From contig JBLDXI010000010.1 in the NCBI GenBank assembly GCA_047495785.1, positions 434,001-498,000 of the forward strand: a DNA stretch of 64,000 nt. The letters run 5' to 3'. The DNA comes from Lepidodermella squamata. Taxonomy: Eukaryota; Animalia; Gastrotricha. Below, piece by piece: positions 26,101-36,140 of the stretch (its first letter is position 1; each line of letters begins with the position of its first letter). The position numbers and the translations under genes were made by a program. The notes below the pieces were generated by a model. That model was not told the DNA's origin, made no database searches, and saw only the letters and a list, made by a program, of their open reading frames with translations.

Positions 26101-28923
26101 CTGGAACGTGCGGGTTCAGGTCGAAATGGGCGAAGGGTGAATCTTCGCGGGAAAATGTGTTCAGCCGGCGGATTGACCAGTCAACATATTCGATTGAGCT
26201 GAGATGGATCTCTCCATTTGAAGTTCGGGTCGCTATGATCGGATCTAAAAAATCAAATATATTAACATTTGGTAATTTTCTAACATTTTCATGCAGCTTA
26301 TTTTGCGTTACGACTCAAATTCCGAAGGGAATAAAAAACAGCGCAAATTTGAGCAACTCATCGTCTATTTCAGGTTAATTTTGACTTCAAAATACTGGCA
26401 CATAATACTGATGACAGTGATACCGAGTCTGGATTTGAGCATGACTATTGTGATGAAAATCCGGCTTCGAAAACGCCAGACCCACACCAGTAAAAAGAGC
26501 TCAACTACTACTACAGTACGGTTTCACAATTTTGATAATTTTCGGTAATCGATAAGTAAGGCCTCATCCACAGGCGTTGAGCAACTGTTCAGTCAATTGA
26601 AGACCGTTGTTTACCCAGGTGAAAATAACACTTCCGTTGAACTGGCAGAAAGCTTGATGGACCTTCGCCTTAACTGGCTCCAAACCTCCCCTTGACCACT
26701 GTAAAGACAAGCGCCACCACAGTTACGTCTCGCGCGTCGACACTGGCCACCCCGACAAAAATCAAGGACCTTATTGAACAGCAGGATCCGAAGGAACCGT
26801 AGACTGGAGATTTAGCATGGTTCGTAGATTGAGTCACCAGCCGAGACGGGTCTAACAACGATGGCTAATACAACATCGGCTTTAATGATAGGTTTCAACC
26901 TGAGGCCCGGAATTTGCTTCAAATGGCTGCAATTCTTCGCGAACATTGGGCGAAAAAGGGCAGGGCAGGTTGGCAATTTACGGCCACGGCGTGGTCAGCA
27001 GGCGATGCTAAGCCAAACGCGGCTCGACGGCGAACTATTCAACCAGGTTCAACAAACCTCGTACGTGCGCAACTACAGGGCGGAATTTTACAATAAATCG
27101 CCTCGGCTTTAGAGCGACCCTAGCTCCAACGAATCAAGCATCAAGTCCCCCACGAAGCAGTCTTGTCATTTCATTTAAACTGTTCATTTAAACTTTTCCT
27201 AGGCATCGCCTGAAAACTTCTACCAGCTGTTTACCATCAATTCTATGGTCCGCGATGTCTTTGTCAGTGGCGTCTACATGACGATGACACGTAAAACTGA
27301 AAAACTTCATTTGAATATCTTTGAACGTCTCGATAAGCTCATCCATTTCAAGAGTTAAGTTGCCACTTCTGATTTCGAAACCGATCATCTCCCCTTTCTC
27401 AGGCGTTACTTCACAAAGCTAATGTTAGTTAGGGCCATTCCAGCTAAGGCTAATGCTGATTCTGCGAAGAAAAGTGGGGTTTTTCGTGACGTCATCATAC
27501 TTCGATCACCTCTGTTATTGGAATGTATGACTGTTCATCTCTTTCTCATGAGGATATGGAGTCTATTGCTCGGGTGGAAACATCTCCCGATGGCACTATC
27601 TGTCAGCATTATTCGTATCTATTCAGAGATTATTTCAAGCAGGTGCAGCGAACTTGTCTGTGACGCTTTCAAGCTTCATCCTCGGCGATCGCAAAGCATG
27701 TACTTGCATGTACGAAAAGCCTCGGCAAAAATAATAATATTTGCATTCTTTTTCAACCTAAATTCGATCAAAACCCAACCAAATTTGCCGATGATTTGAA
27801 GTTACTTCTTATAATTCGGCTTCATGTCAAATAATGCACTGCCAAAGTTTAAAAAAATGTTCGATCAATTCACCCTTTGTGTAAAAATAAGCAGCCAACA
27901 TAATGTTACCTGATGATACGAATGAGCGAGCTGCGAGCTGTTTGATTGTCTTCTCGAATCGACGTGAAGTACAAAGCACGCGCGGTTTCATGACAAAATG
28001 ATGATCAAATGAGCAGCTAAATATTGCTACAAAAAAGCGACAATTATCAACGGCTGAAATTCAAAAGTTATGAAACTCACTGAACTGATCGAAATCAGTG
28101 CCAGACATTGTTAGAATGAGTTGAGACTTATCGCCCTCCGTAGATCTCGGATCGACAAAAACTTGCAAATTGCCACCGTAAGACATAGGATCAACAGGCT
28201 GTAAAGGAAGAAATTGAAAAAACCATCTTAAAATATTCTTACACGACTTACAGAGAAATATGGAAGTTTTTCGAACAATTCAAAACTTCGCTCAGAAAAT
28301 AGCTCGTCATATCTTACTTTGGCACTTCTGGCACTTTTCGCACTTTTGGCATTGTAAGATGCAGTCCATTCATCCAACCTCGCAACGCGTTGACTCACAG
28401 GAATAGTTTCGTCCTCAATAAAATCCAATGTACTCCTCATCGCCTCAGACATTTTCGTGGCTAACACCCGACCGCTAGAGAATAAATCTTTTCGCATACC
28501 GAGACTTAACCATAATTTGTCGAGTTGATCCCATTCTTCCGCAAAATCGTTGAAAATTCCTTTTTTATTGCTAGAAAAATAAGCAGCCCGCCGATTTCCA
28601 GTTAGAGAAAACGACGGAAAAACAACAGGCATCGTCGGCGTGATGGCGAACAGCGGCGCGGATGCGTTCAAATTGCGGGTAAATTGTATTTGAGGCGGCG
28701 TTTCCTCCGACAGCCAGGGCACCAATGTCAACGGGTCATCGGAAGCGGTTTCATCTAAACCGATTTGGCTGCTTCGAAAGCTCTGATTTTCGTCGTATTT
28801 CAAACTGTCATTTTGCCGGCTCAGCTGCAGACGACCGCCATCGCACGGCGGCACTGCGTCTCCGAACGAACCCCAAGAGTCGTAGATGGCATTTAGTTTA
28901 GGAAGTTCTCTCACGGCTTTCAT
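17160..28923 (-). CDS. TAF1C: TAF1C/RRN6-like RNA polymerase I core factor (SL1 complex) subunit; exons include 28252-28923, small unresolved exons at 27700-28198, 25483-26244, about 20884-21550 and 17160-17775
   Basis: Motifs resembling vertebrate TAF1C as recalled: FDLNPHVPGEFVAS (cf. LSPHLPGELA), QFGGHPRQ (cf. FTAHPR), ILVIDQRMPRRVVQSWGH (cf. LVDERLPLVPMLKWNH), APMAGLA, LQLSGQGHLFYQ. Junctions W|GQPW and K|CSSCG join in frame. Confidence 0.8.
17880..18330 (+). mobile_element. P-element/THAP9-like transposase fossil (in TAF1C intron)
   Basis: KVALALQLFSESVANTL resembles the P-transposase KVxLAxQLFSxSVAxAL motif, followed by LCRIF; interrupted by stops. Confidence 0.55.
18770..19420 (+). 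mobile_element. pogo/Tigger-like (CENP-B HTH plus DDE) transposase fossil
   Basis: LGDFGFPLDQKDIRFIAKGYLD..FKDNMPGLDWYYAFLSRH is typical of the CENP-B-type HTH; frameshifted downstream segment includes NFD and DGTMLP. Confidence 0.7.
19580..20430 (+). mobile_element. hAT (ZMYM1-like) transposase fossil
   Basis: Fragments ILEWKFLLGLIIRYEILNLTNEVSKFF and AVEQLEERFEQ..FEATWGFLF, with frameshifts. Confidence 0.65.
21980..23150 (+). mobile_element. Possible internally deleted LTR retroelement (gag-like ORFs plus pol linker)
   Basis: Overlapping low-complexity ORFs 22030-22599 and 22352-22984 ending in FRKAQLSDPDLSPV (similar to the AQxxDPxL motif before Gypsy integrase); AATAAA at about 23133. 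Paired LTRs not seen. Confidence 0.35.
24399..25240 (+). mobile_element. hAT-family (ZNF862/DUF4371-like) transposase, 3'-truncated
   Basis: HRFQQNW zinc-finger remnant, H..SQMH, IYWVVKQEIA, FGLLTDESSDI..QL..F (first catalytic Asp region). Similarity ends near 25240; the rest of the ORF runs through short ttttgggcgttacac repeats. Confidence 0.8.
26555..26690 (+). mobile_element. hAT C-terminal dimerisation-domain fragment
   Basis: Translates ASSTGVEQLFSQLKTVV..NNTSVELAESLMDLRLN, resembling the SxxER.FS.L..N..L..L..N pattern. Confidence 0.5.
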
Positions 28924-28994
28924 TTAAAATATATCTAAAAAAAGCCACGCGAAAAAATAGAATAAAATATAAAACTTATTATTGATACAAAAAT

Positions 28995-31900
28995 CTACAA
29001 GTTTTTATCCAAATGCTTATCTCTCATTGCGCTGTATTTTAGATACTGGCTTGGCTCACCAGTTGCATAGGCCTCAACCATACAAACAATTCTATGCACG
29101 TGAGTTGTCGACATTTTAACGCCTGGCAATGACGCCTGGCAAAGCGCAGAAATAGTTCGGTAGTAGACCGGTGATATATCCAGGTAGCTTGATATCGGGA
29201 TGTGGCTAGGAAACGGCGTTACAGACAGATCGCTCGATGACACAGTTTCTTTAATTTCATCGATAATTTCGCTGAGTTTTTTGCCGGTTCCATCGGCTTT
29301 GAATCTGCGATGAGTTTCGCCACTTAACGACACAGCTTTGGCAAATTTTTCGTAGTTTTCCACGCCGAAATGAGCCGTTGTAGAAGATTGGATTTCATTC
29401 AGTCGATCTGAGTAAAAATAATGAAATTAATTAATACATAGTTTGAAAAAACCGAGCGAGAACCTGAACTAAGTAACGATTTTTTTAAGGGATGATGTGC
29501 CAGTTGTTCATCATTATTTTTTTTTGGGAAATTTTACAACAAGGGTCGACAACTACTGAGAACTCTATGCAACAGAGTTTCCAAAATTACCCATTAAGTG
29601 TCCAAATTTATCGGAAAATGCTTTCGATCACAAAAATCAGATAAAAATTGAAAAAAATTCGTGAATCATAATTCTGATATCGGAAAAATCACTGATTTGT
29701 AAAATCAATGCTTTGTAAAATCAATGCTTGGAATCGATACCGCCTCTGCAGGCTGAAATATAACTCAGAAACTGACCGCTTATAGTGCAAAATAATCGTA
29801 ATATGAACATCTATCATTTAGGCATGATAACTAAAAAATTGAGGATCCAGAGAAAATTATGAAACTCGAAAAACATGTTCAAGTGTTATCAAGTGATGGA
29901 GTCTCAAATTTAGTGCTGAAACCCTGAAATCAGAGGAATTTATATTAATAAAAATACGCTAAATAAGAGCAGCAGCAGCTTTTTCGAAATAAATTATCCT
30001 GAAAATATTCAACAAAATTGAGAATTTTCCCAAAGACTTCCACCATGCATTTCAGCTTTTGGTAATAAAGTTAGAAACTACTAAAAAATGTCCCATAATC
30101 AAACAAAAACAAGGCCATCGCGAATTTTGTCTCGCGTCACCTGATTTAGGTTGTTAGGAACAATGAAAAATTGTTTTAAAAATTGATTGAGACAGATTAA
30201 GGCTAAATTTAGCGCCAGGATTCCATTCAAGACACGTCACAATCATTTCCTTACCGGTAATTGCGAAAAGTTCCGAATTGTCATGATGTTTCTTAGGTTT
30301 CTGCGACGGATGAAGCTGATCATTCAGAGTCGACTCAATGTCCCGTAGGTAATTATCCAACTCTTTTGCCGCCTTCAAGAAACTGACGTTCTTATCTACC
30401 ATAAACACATCAGTTATTCGATCTCCCAAAATTTCATTGTCCTTCTCAATAAATGACAGCAAGTTCTGCTGCGTTTTCAGCAAATCAACGTAACGTTCAA
30501 GCGACGAAAGCCATTCAGAAAATGAGAAGAACTTTGGTTCACGCTCGTCCGGGATCAAAGTTTCCAACTTTTTGTGGATAGCCGTTGTCTTTTTAAGGCA
30601 GCTCGAATCAAAAACTCCGAGTACGCTTTTCAAAGCCACCAGGATAAACGCGATCGCCCATGAATCCAAGTCAATGGCAAAAGGGAACATAGTCGATCTA
30701 ACGTCTGTTTTGCAAATCGGTACTTTTTTGATGAACGACATGACGTAATTGAAGAAGTCTCTAGGCAGATAGAGCCGTTCAATCGTTGAAATCACGACCA
30801 GCTGAAAAGGCGGTAGTGGAAGCTCGTCAATCTCCAAATAGTCAAGAAACAACGCTATTTGAAAAACGAGAACTTTCAGCGAGACGCAATCGTTTTTTAG
30901 CAAGTGCAAATCGTTACGCGAAAAGATTTTGAATTCACGCGGTAGGCATTTTCGCAGATCATAATGAGCTATTTTACCCGTAACAGCCCAACTTAAAACC
31001 AAGCCGGGTGTGACGTTATGACCGGAACTAACCAGGGCTAGGTATAGGACAACCAACGTTTTCAACGGAGAAATGATGAAAATACTTTTCAGCCTATTAG
31101 ATGTATTTCCATCTAGCAGATTTTTTGCCTCTTTGCGACGATCTTTAGGTATAATACAGGCTTTTCGATTCTGCATGCGATGTTTCTCCATTACTTTGAT
31201 CGTATCTCGCATGGTCGTCGCTAAACAACCCGCTAATAGCTCTCTTATATTCAAATCTTCCAGCTCGAGCTCTTCCTCCAAGTCTTTGGTCAATGTTAAA
31301 ACGTGAACCTTTGAGGGTATAGCGCCGCATTTGGTTACTTTCAATTTTCTAGCGTTCAATTCTGCGCCGGCATCAGCCTTGTCTTCTCCATCAGATGCAT
31401 CCAAATCGTCTACAACTTTAATCCGGTAGTCATGAAAGCCGTGAAGGGAAGATTTATGCGAAAGGAGAATCTGTCCCAACAGATAGGGGTTGTCCAACGT
31501 TGGTGGAACAATGTCTCGGTATCTTGGCTTTGTTTTAAAGTAAGCCGAATCTAATTTGAACAGCTCCTCGGTGAAAGCGAGACCCAATTTAGCAAGATAG
31601 GCTGACCAATAACGAAAGGCAAATTCCTATAGTTAATATATTCAAATTAATTTTGAAATTTTCAAGTCGGCTCGACCAACTTTCACTGATGGATCTGCTC
31701 CCAGTGAGATCGCGCTTTCGATTTGGCTTTTCAGCACAAACGATAAAGCTTCCGTTGAAGTATATGGTATTCCTCCATCACTGTACCTAGCAACCCGTTT
31801 GGACCGTTTGGTGGTTTGCTGGCCGTCTTTTTTCGCTTTATCGCCTTCGGCTCCTCCATCTTCCAAATCACCAGCCGAGGGCCCTTGAATCTCCTGGCCG

Positions 31901-32076
31901 ACGTAACTTTCCTTCAGAATAGTTTGGCTTTGCTAAATAATATCGAACAAAATTTTGAAAAAAAAAACAAGTGTCTCATTCTATTTTACTTTGAGCTGGC
32001 GATTGCAATCAACACAGTATGAAAAACCTTCGACTTCGTTGAATTCTTCGCAGCCACAAAAATCGCAAGTTGGCAT
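28995..32076 (-). CDS. TAF1B: TAF1B/RRN7-like RNA polymerase I TFIIB-related factor; exons 31990-32076, about 31681-31932, 30255 to about 31626, 28995-29407
   Basis: N-terminal zinc ribbon MPTCDFCGCEEFNEVEGFSYCVDC; TEALSFVLKSQIESAISLGADP followed by YWSAYL (cf. TAF1B EGFQYIL..Q..AL..LG..W.RYL); TLVVLYLAL..LSWAVTGKI cyclin-like repeat; junctions in frame. Confidence 0.85.
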
Positions 32077-32311
32077 TTGAAAAATCTAAAAAATTGAAAT
32101 TCGGCGTTTTATGAGATAAAGACGATTACTGTTTACTTTATGAGTTCGCCTCTAAATCTTTTACAAACAATACGAAATAACGCAAAACTAAGACAATTTG
32201 AGCAATGAGCGGAAAAAGGTATAACGAAGTATAAAAATTGAGTTGCATCGAGCACTAGAGAAATTTGTCACCGGTTTGATCAATTATTTCGAGAGACAAC
32301 AAAGTCGACGG

Positions 32312-34084
32312 CTAGCGCCGCCACGAACTTGCGCGCTGGTCTTTCCACGCCATCTTTTCCTGCTCACTCCACTCGTGTTCGAGAAGGTAATCACTAGCCA
32401 GCTTGAAAGTTTGATCCCGCATAATATCTCGGGATAACGGAGCATGGTTTTTCCAAATATCTTCGACGACGCCGGCTTCTTTCCTCGGCGGATCTTCCAC
32501 CCTGAATTTTTCGAAACGATACCCGCCGTTACATCGAACGCGTTCTTTCCGTTGCGAGCGAGGAGATAGTGAAAGGTCGATAGTTGCGACGGGAATTGAA
32601 ATTCGAGGGGCGGCGATGAGACAGAATCGCGTGAAATTTTTATTCAGCTCAAACTCAGGGGCGTTTGTTCCTTCATACACAGGTTTCGCTCGCCGTTGAT
32701 ACGGGTGATAGCGGTCTTCGTAGAATTCGCGACGACCCCTAGGAGATCTTGACCGATTACGCGTAGATGGTCTTTCAATCGGCGAGACTGAGCGCCTCCT
32801 ACTGGTGCGCCCGCCCATAGTTGATCGCGATCGGTCTCCGCTTGTTGATCTTCGCCTCGATCTATCAGTCGAAGATTCAATGGAAGCAATTCTAGCCCCA
32901 CCAAGCCCCGAGTCACGAGACCGAGAATCTTGACGCCTGATTGGAGATCTGGATAATGACCTTCGTCGCTTCGGACTGGGTTCCCGAGCTTTGACTGATA
33001 AGCTCGTTCTAGCTCTTTTCTCCGGACTTACATGAACCAAGTCCGTGTCCTCTTCGCCTGCTGGGACCTTTGGAAGGGGAATATCTCCTGAATCTGGCCG
33101 CGTTTCTTCATCGAGCGGTTCGCGAGTCGTCAAGGCCCAATCCAATAATTCATCTTCAAATTCCAACTTTTCTACGACAGACTGCAAATTCCGACCAGTC
33201 GGCAGAGGAGTAGGTGCTGATTCGTGAGAAATTATTATGGATAACGCTGAGTCAATGCCAGAGTCAATTGTTCTTGAAGGTAATTTACGATTTCGAAAAT
33301 GAGGAAATTGATCATCCAAGTCGATGAGATAAGGTATTGAATCGTTCGGGTCGTCGTAAAGCGACTCGACGTGGCTATTAAGTACGTCCGATATTTCATT
33401 AGCAAAATAATCGACATGCAACAATGCGCTAGGTGACCAGTCATCTTTATTTGTTAACAAGAAGCACAGCTCACGAATTGAACCGGTTGATAAGCGCTTC
33501 GGTAGTTTGATTGATTGACTAGCTATGGTATTCCCAAATCGGAGAAACGTCTTCAAAATACGACTATTAGAGGAAAACGAGGAGGGCGAGATGTTTTCGT
33601 AAAGCTCCAAGCATAAGCCACTCCACAAGGAGCGCCTGATATTTGAAAAACACTCTCTTTGTTTGATGTCAAGGGGCGGAAGGCGGTCATAAAAAGCAGC
33701 CAAGTCATTAAAAATAATAGTTAAGCAGCTTTTCCATGCTTTTTCAACGCTACGGAACCCATCATTGAACAAAGTCCGCGCTGAATTTGCAACCTGACAT
33801 CCCTTGGCAACAGCAATGTGTAGTTGAGCCGCTGGCGTATTAATTTCAGCGAGTAGTGCGTGGTGAAGTAATAGAGCACATTTCAAGCGACCGAATATAT
33901 GTTCGTGTAGCCACCTAAATGCAGAGATGTCCTCGGGATCCAGAGCTCCGTCAGGTGAAATCTCATCATCGGCAGGCGCTTCGCGGAACAACCTCGCGAC
34001 CTCCTCGTCATCAAGATCGTCTTTCTCAGGTTGTAATGAAGTAATGTCTGAGTCGGCAAGGCGACTAACAGGAGAATGAGCCAT
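32312..34084 (-). CDS. Orphan intronless protein (about 590 aa): acidic N-terminus, helical-looking domain, Arg/Ser-rich C-terminal half
   Basis: Long uninterrupted ORF with first ATG at 34084; RSRS/RSP repeats; pyrimidine-rich AG at 34169 upstream. No family recognised. Confidence 0.75.
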   Translation of the reverse strand: MAHSPVSRLADSDITSLQPEKDDLDDEEVARLFREAPADDEISPDGALDPEDISAFRWLHEHIFGRLKCALLLHHALLAEINTPAAQLHIAVAKGCQVANSARTLFNDGFRSVEKAWKSCLTIIFNDLAAFYDRLPPLDIKQRECFSNIRRSLWSGLCLELYENISPSSFSSNSRILKTFLRFGNTIASQSIKLPKRLSTGSIRELCFLLTNKDDWSPSALLHVDYFANEISDVLNSHVESLYDDPNDSIPYLIDLDDQFPHFRNRKLPSRTIDSGIDSALSIIISHESAPTPLPTGRNLQSVVEKLEFEDELLDWALTTREPLDEETRPDSGDIPLPKVPAGEEDTDLVHVSPEKRARTSLSVKAREPSPKRRRSLSRSPIRRQDSRSRDSGLGGARIASIESSTDRSRRRSTSGDRSRSTMGGRTSRRRSVSPIERPSTRNRSRSPRGRREFYEDRYHPYQRRAKPVYEGTNAPEFELNKNFTRFCLIAAPRISIPVATIDLSLSPRSQRKERVRCNGGYRFEKFRVEDPPRKEAGVVEDIWKNHAPLSRDIMRDQTFKLASDYLLEHEWSEQEKMAWKDQRASSWRR

Positions 34085-34379
34085 AAACTTGAGCAAGCAA
34101 TTCAGAGAAATATGAAAGAAAGTAGCATGTATCAGACGGCAAAAATACAGAAAAATATCAAATTTTATCTAATAAAGAAAAGCATAGATTAGCATTAGGA
34201 CTGAAATCGAAATTAAGAGTCGACAGTAGGGTTAAAATAAGCCCAATAGATGCTTCAAAGGGAACAGTTGACAATACCCTGTCAAGAAACCGAGATTGCA
34301 ACTGCGCGCCTTCAGGTATGTGTAGGGGTCTTCACGGCGTCGGTTCTGCGCTGCACGATTGTCGCGGTCGACGCGCTGC

Positions 34380-34560
34380 ACGTTTTTGGACCGGCAGAAT
34401 TGCGCGCCAATTACTATTTGTCAAGGTCAACAAATGCAAACTTTGGATATATGTTCAACAAATTAAAAATAACAACAAATAATTTGATATGTTTTTAAAA
34501 GACTAATTGGCGGGGAAGTTAGTTTTTGGCTTCGCGCATGATTGGCAGCCAAATAGCGTC
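34380..34560. promoter_or_regulatory. Candidate divergent promoter between the Pol I factor cluster and the HRC-like gene
   Basis: E2F-like GCGCGCCAA (about 34403) and TTGGCGGGGA (about 34507) plus ATTGG/CCAAT boxes in a head-to-head interval. Short motifs only. Confidence 0.3.
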
Positions 34561-35391
34561 AGTTCTGCATCGCGTCGTGTTTCAGTGGTGTATTGTTTGC
34601 GATGCGGGTAACGTAACTGCTGACGTGTCTCTGCAGTTCATGCCTACGTTGCATACTGCGATGTGCTGATAATTTCGACGCGATTTCTGATGGAAAGTTA
34701 TTCATGGCTCGCGACTGGGTCGAATGTCGAAACCCCGGACTAACCATGTTGTGCCCAACAGAGCACAGAGCGCTTGTTGAACAATGTTATGTGTATATAT
34801 TGCTGCTATTTTTAACTGTGGCAAATAACTGCTAATGTGGCCTTAGTTCGATTCAATTCCATTGCAATCAGGAATTGAGTATTGTTCAGTACTTATCTAC
34901 GTGCGACGTAAGTTGCGTAATGCCTACTTGCAGCTAGCGCCATCATTCCTCACCTACCACCTACTTGCTGATGGGCGTAATTTCTTTTACGTTTGGCAAG
35001 TTTTACACCGTACGTCTTCTTCAGCGACCACTTCTCAAATCCTTGCTAATGTCTGCATCTGGGAGAGTGACTTCAATGCGTCATTCTGATTTAAGTTTAT
35101 GAACCTTTGAGTTTTGTCACCGCATTCTCAAGATCCGACATGGTCATTTCGTATTTCGCACTAACTTTTGGGAATTTTCATCATTTGTCATTTTGGTGTG
35201 TGGCGTGTGGAAACCTCTACCGGCGACGACTGGGGCCCACCTACTACCTACCTGTTCCGGCTGAAGCGAGAGTCTTTTTAAATGATAAACACCACCGTTT
35301 TGCACCTGTCAATATCCTCATTCTTTGTTGAATATGAATTTTTCCTTTGATATAGACACTTAGTTTCTCTGTATTAGTCGCTTTCGCTAGA

Positions 35392-35893
35392 ATGCAATAC
35401 TCCGCCTTAGCCCTTGCTGTTGTATTGGCCATCTTCGTTTCTGTGGCAAGCTGCGAAGAAGAACCCGATGTTTCCCCCGAAAAAATAGAATACACGAAAG
35501 GAAGTCTCTGCAAATATTGTGATTACTGCAAGGTAAGCTTGTTTTTTTACAACCTCGGCTATTTAATGTCGACGCCTGTTTTTCTATAGTTCTGCAAACT
35601 CTGCGACGAACAATGCCCGTGCGAAACCGGCCCTGGCAAACCCGCCTGCAACATGTGCAAGTACTGCAAGTTTTGTTATCTCTGCTCACCCGTCTGTGAT
35701 ACCATCTGCAAGCCTGGCGGTTTCGTCGACCGTGTTACTGGCGCTGTCATTAAGTAAGTTGTTTAGAAAGCTGTTAGTTGGACTGAAATAAACGTTTTCT
35801 TCCAGTGCCTTGCCAAGCGTTAACTTCGGTGAAGTCGATAGCGATTTGGACAAACACAAAGATCACATCAACAAGAAGAAGACCGAGTTGTAA
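35392..35893 (+). CDS. Small Cys-rich ER-lumen protein, homologous to the C-terminal domain of histidine-rich calcium-binding protein (HRC); exons 35392-35532, 35590-35753, 35806-35893
   Basis: Signal peptide; CKYCDYCKFCKLC..CNMCKYCKFCYLCSPVCDTICKPGGFVD (cf. HRC CQFCYLCPLVCETVCAPGSYVD); ends in KTEL (KDEL-like). Canonical introns. Confidence 0.85.
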
Positions 35894-36140
35894 ACAATAA
35901 CACGGATATCTTGTTAGCTATATTTCCCCTTTCGACCTTAGTGCCTCGCTCGACGTCTGCTGCAATCTAGCTTTATTCCTCCTCGCTTGCACGTATATTT
36001 CTCAACGCATTTACAATAGTTCATTATACCACCTTATAAATTATTATTTGTCAATTTATTATTCGTGATTCGGTTGTGTTACGATGTCTCGAGATGATCC
36101 GGATACTTTCATCGAATAATCTCTCTTCCATCGACTGGTT

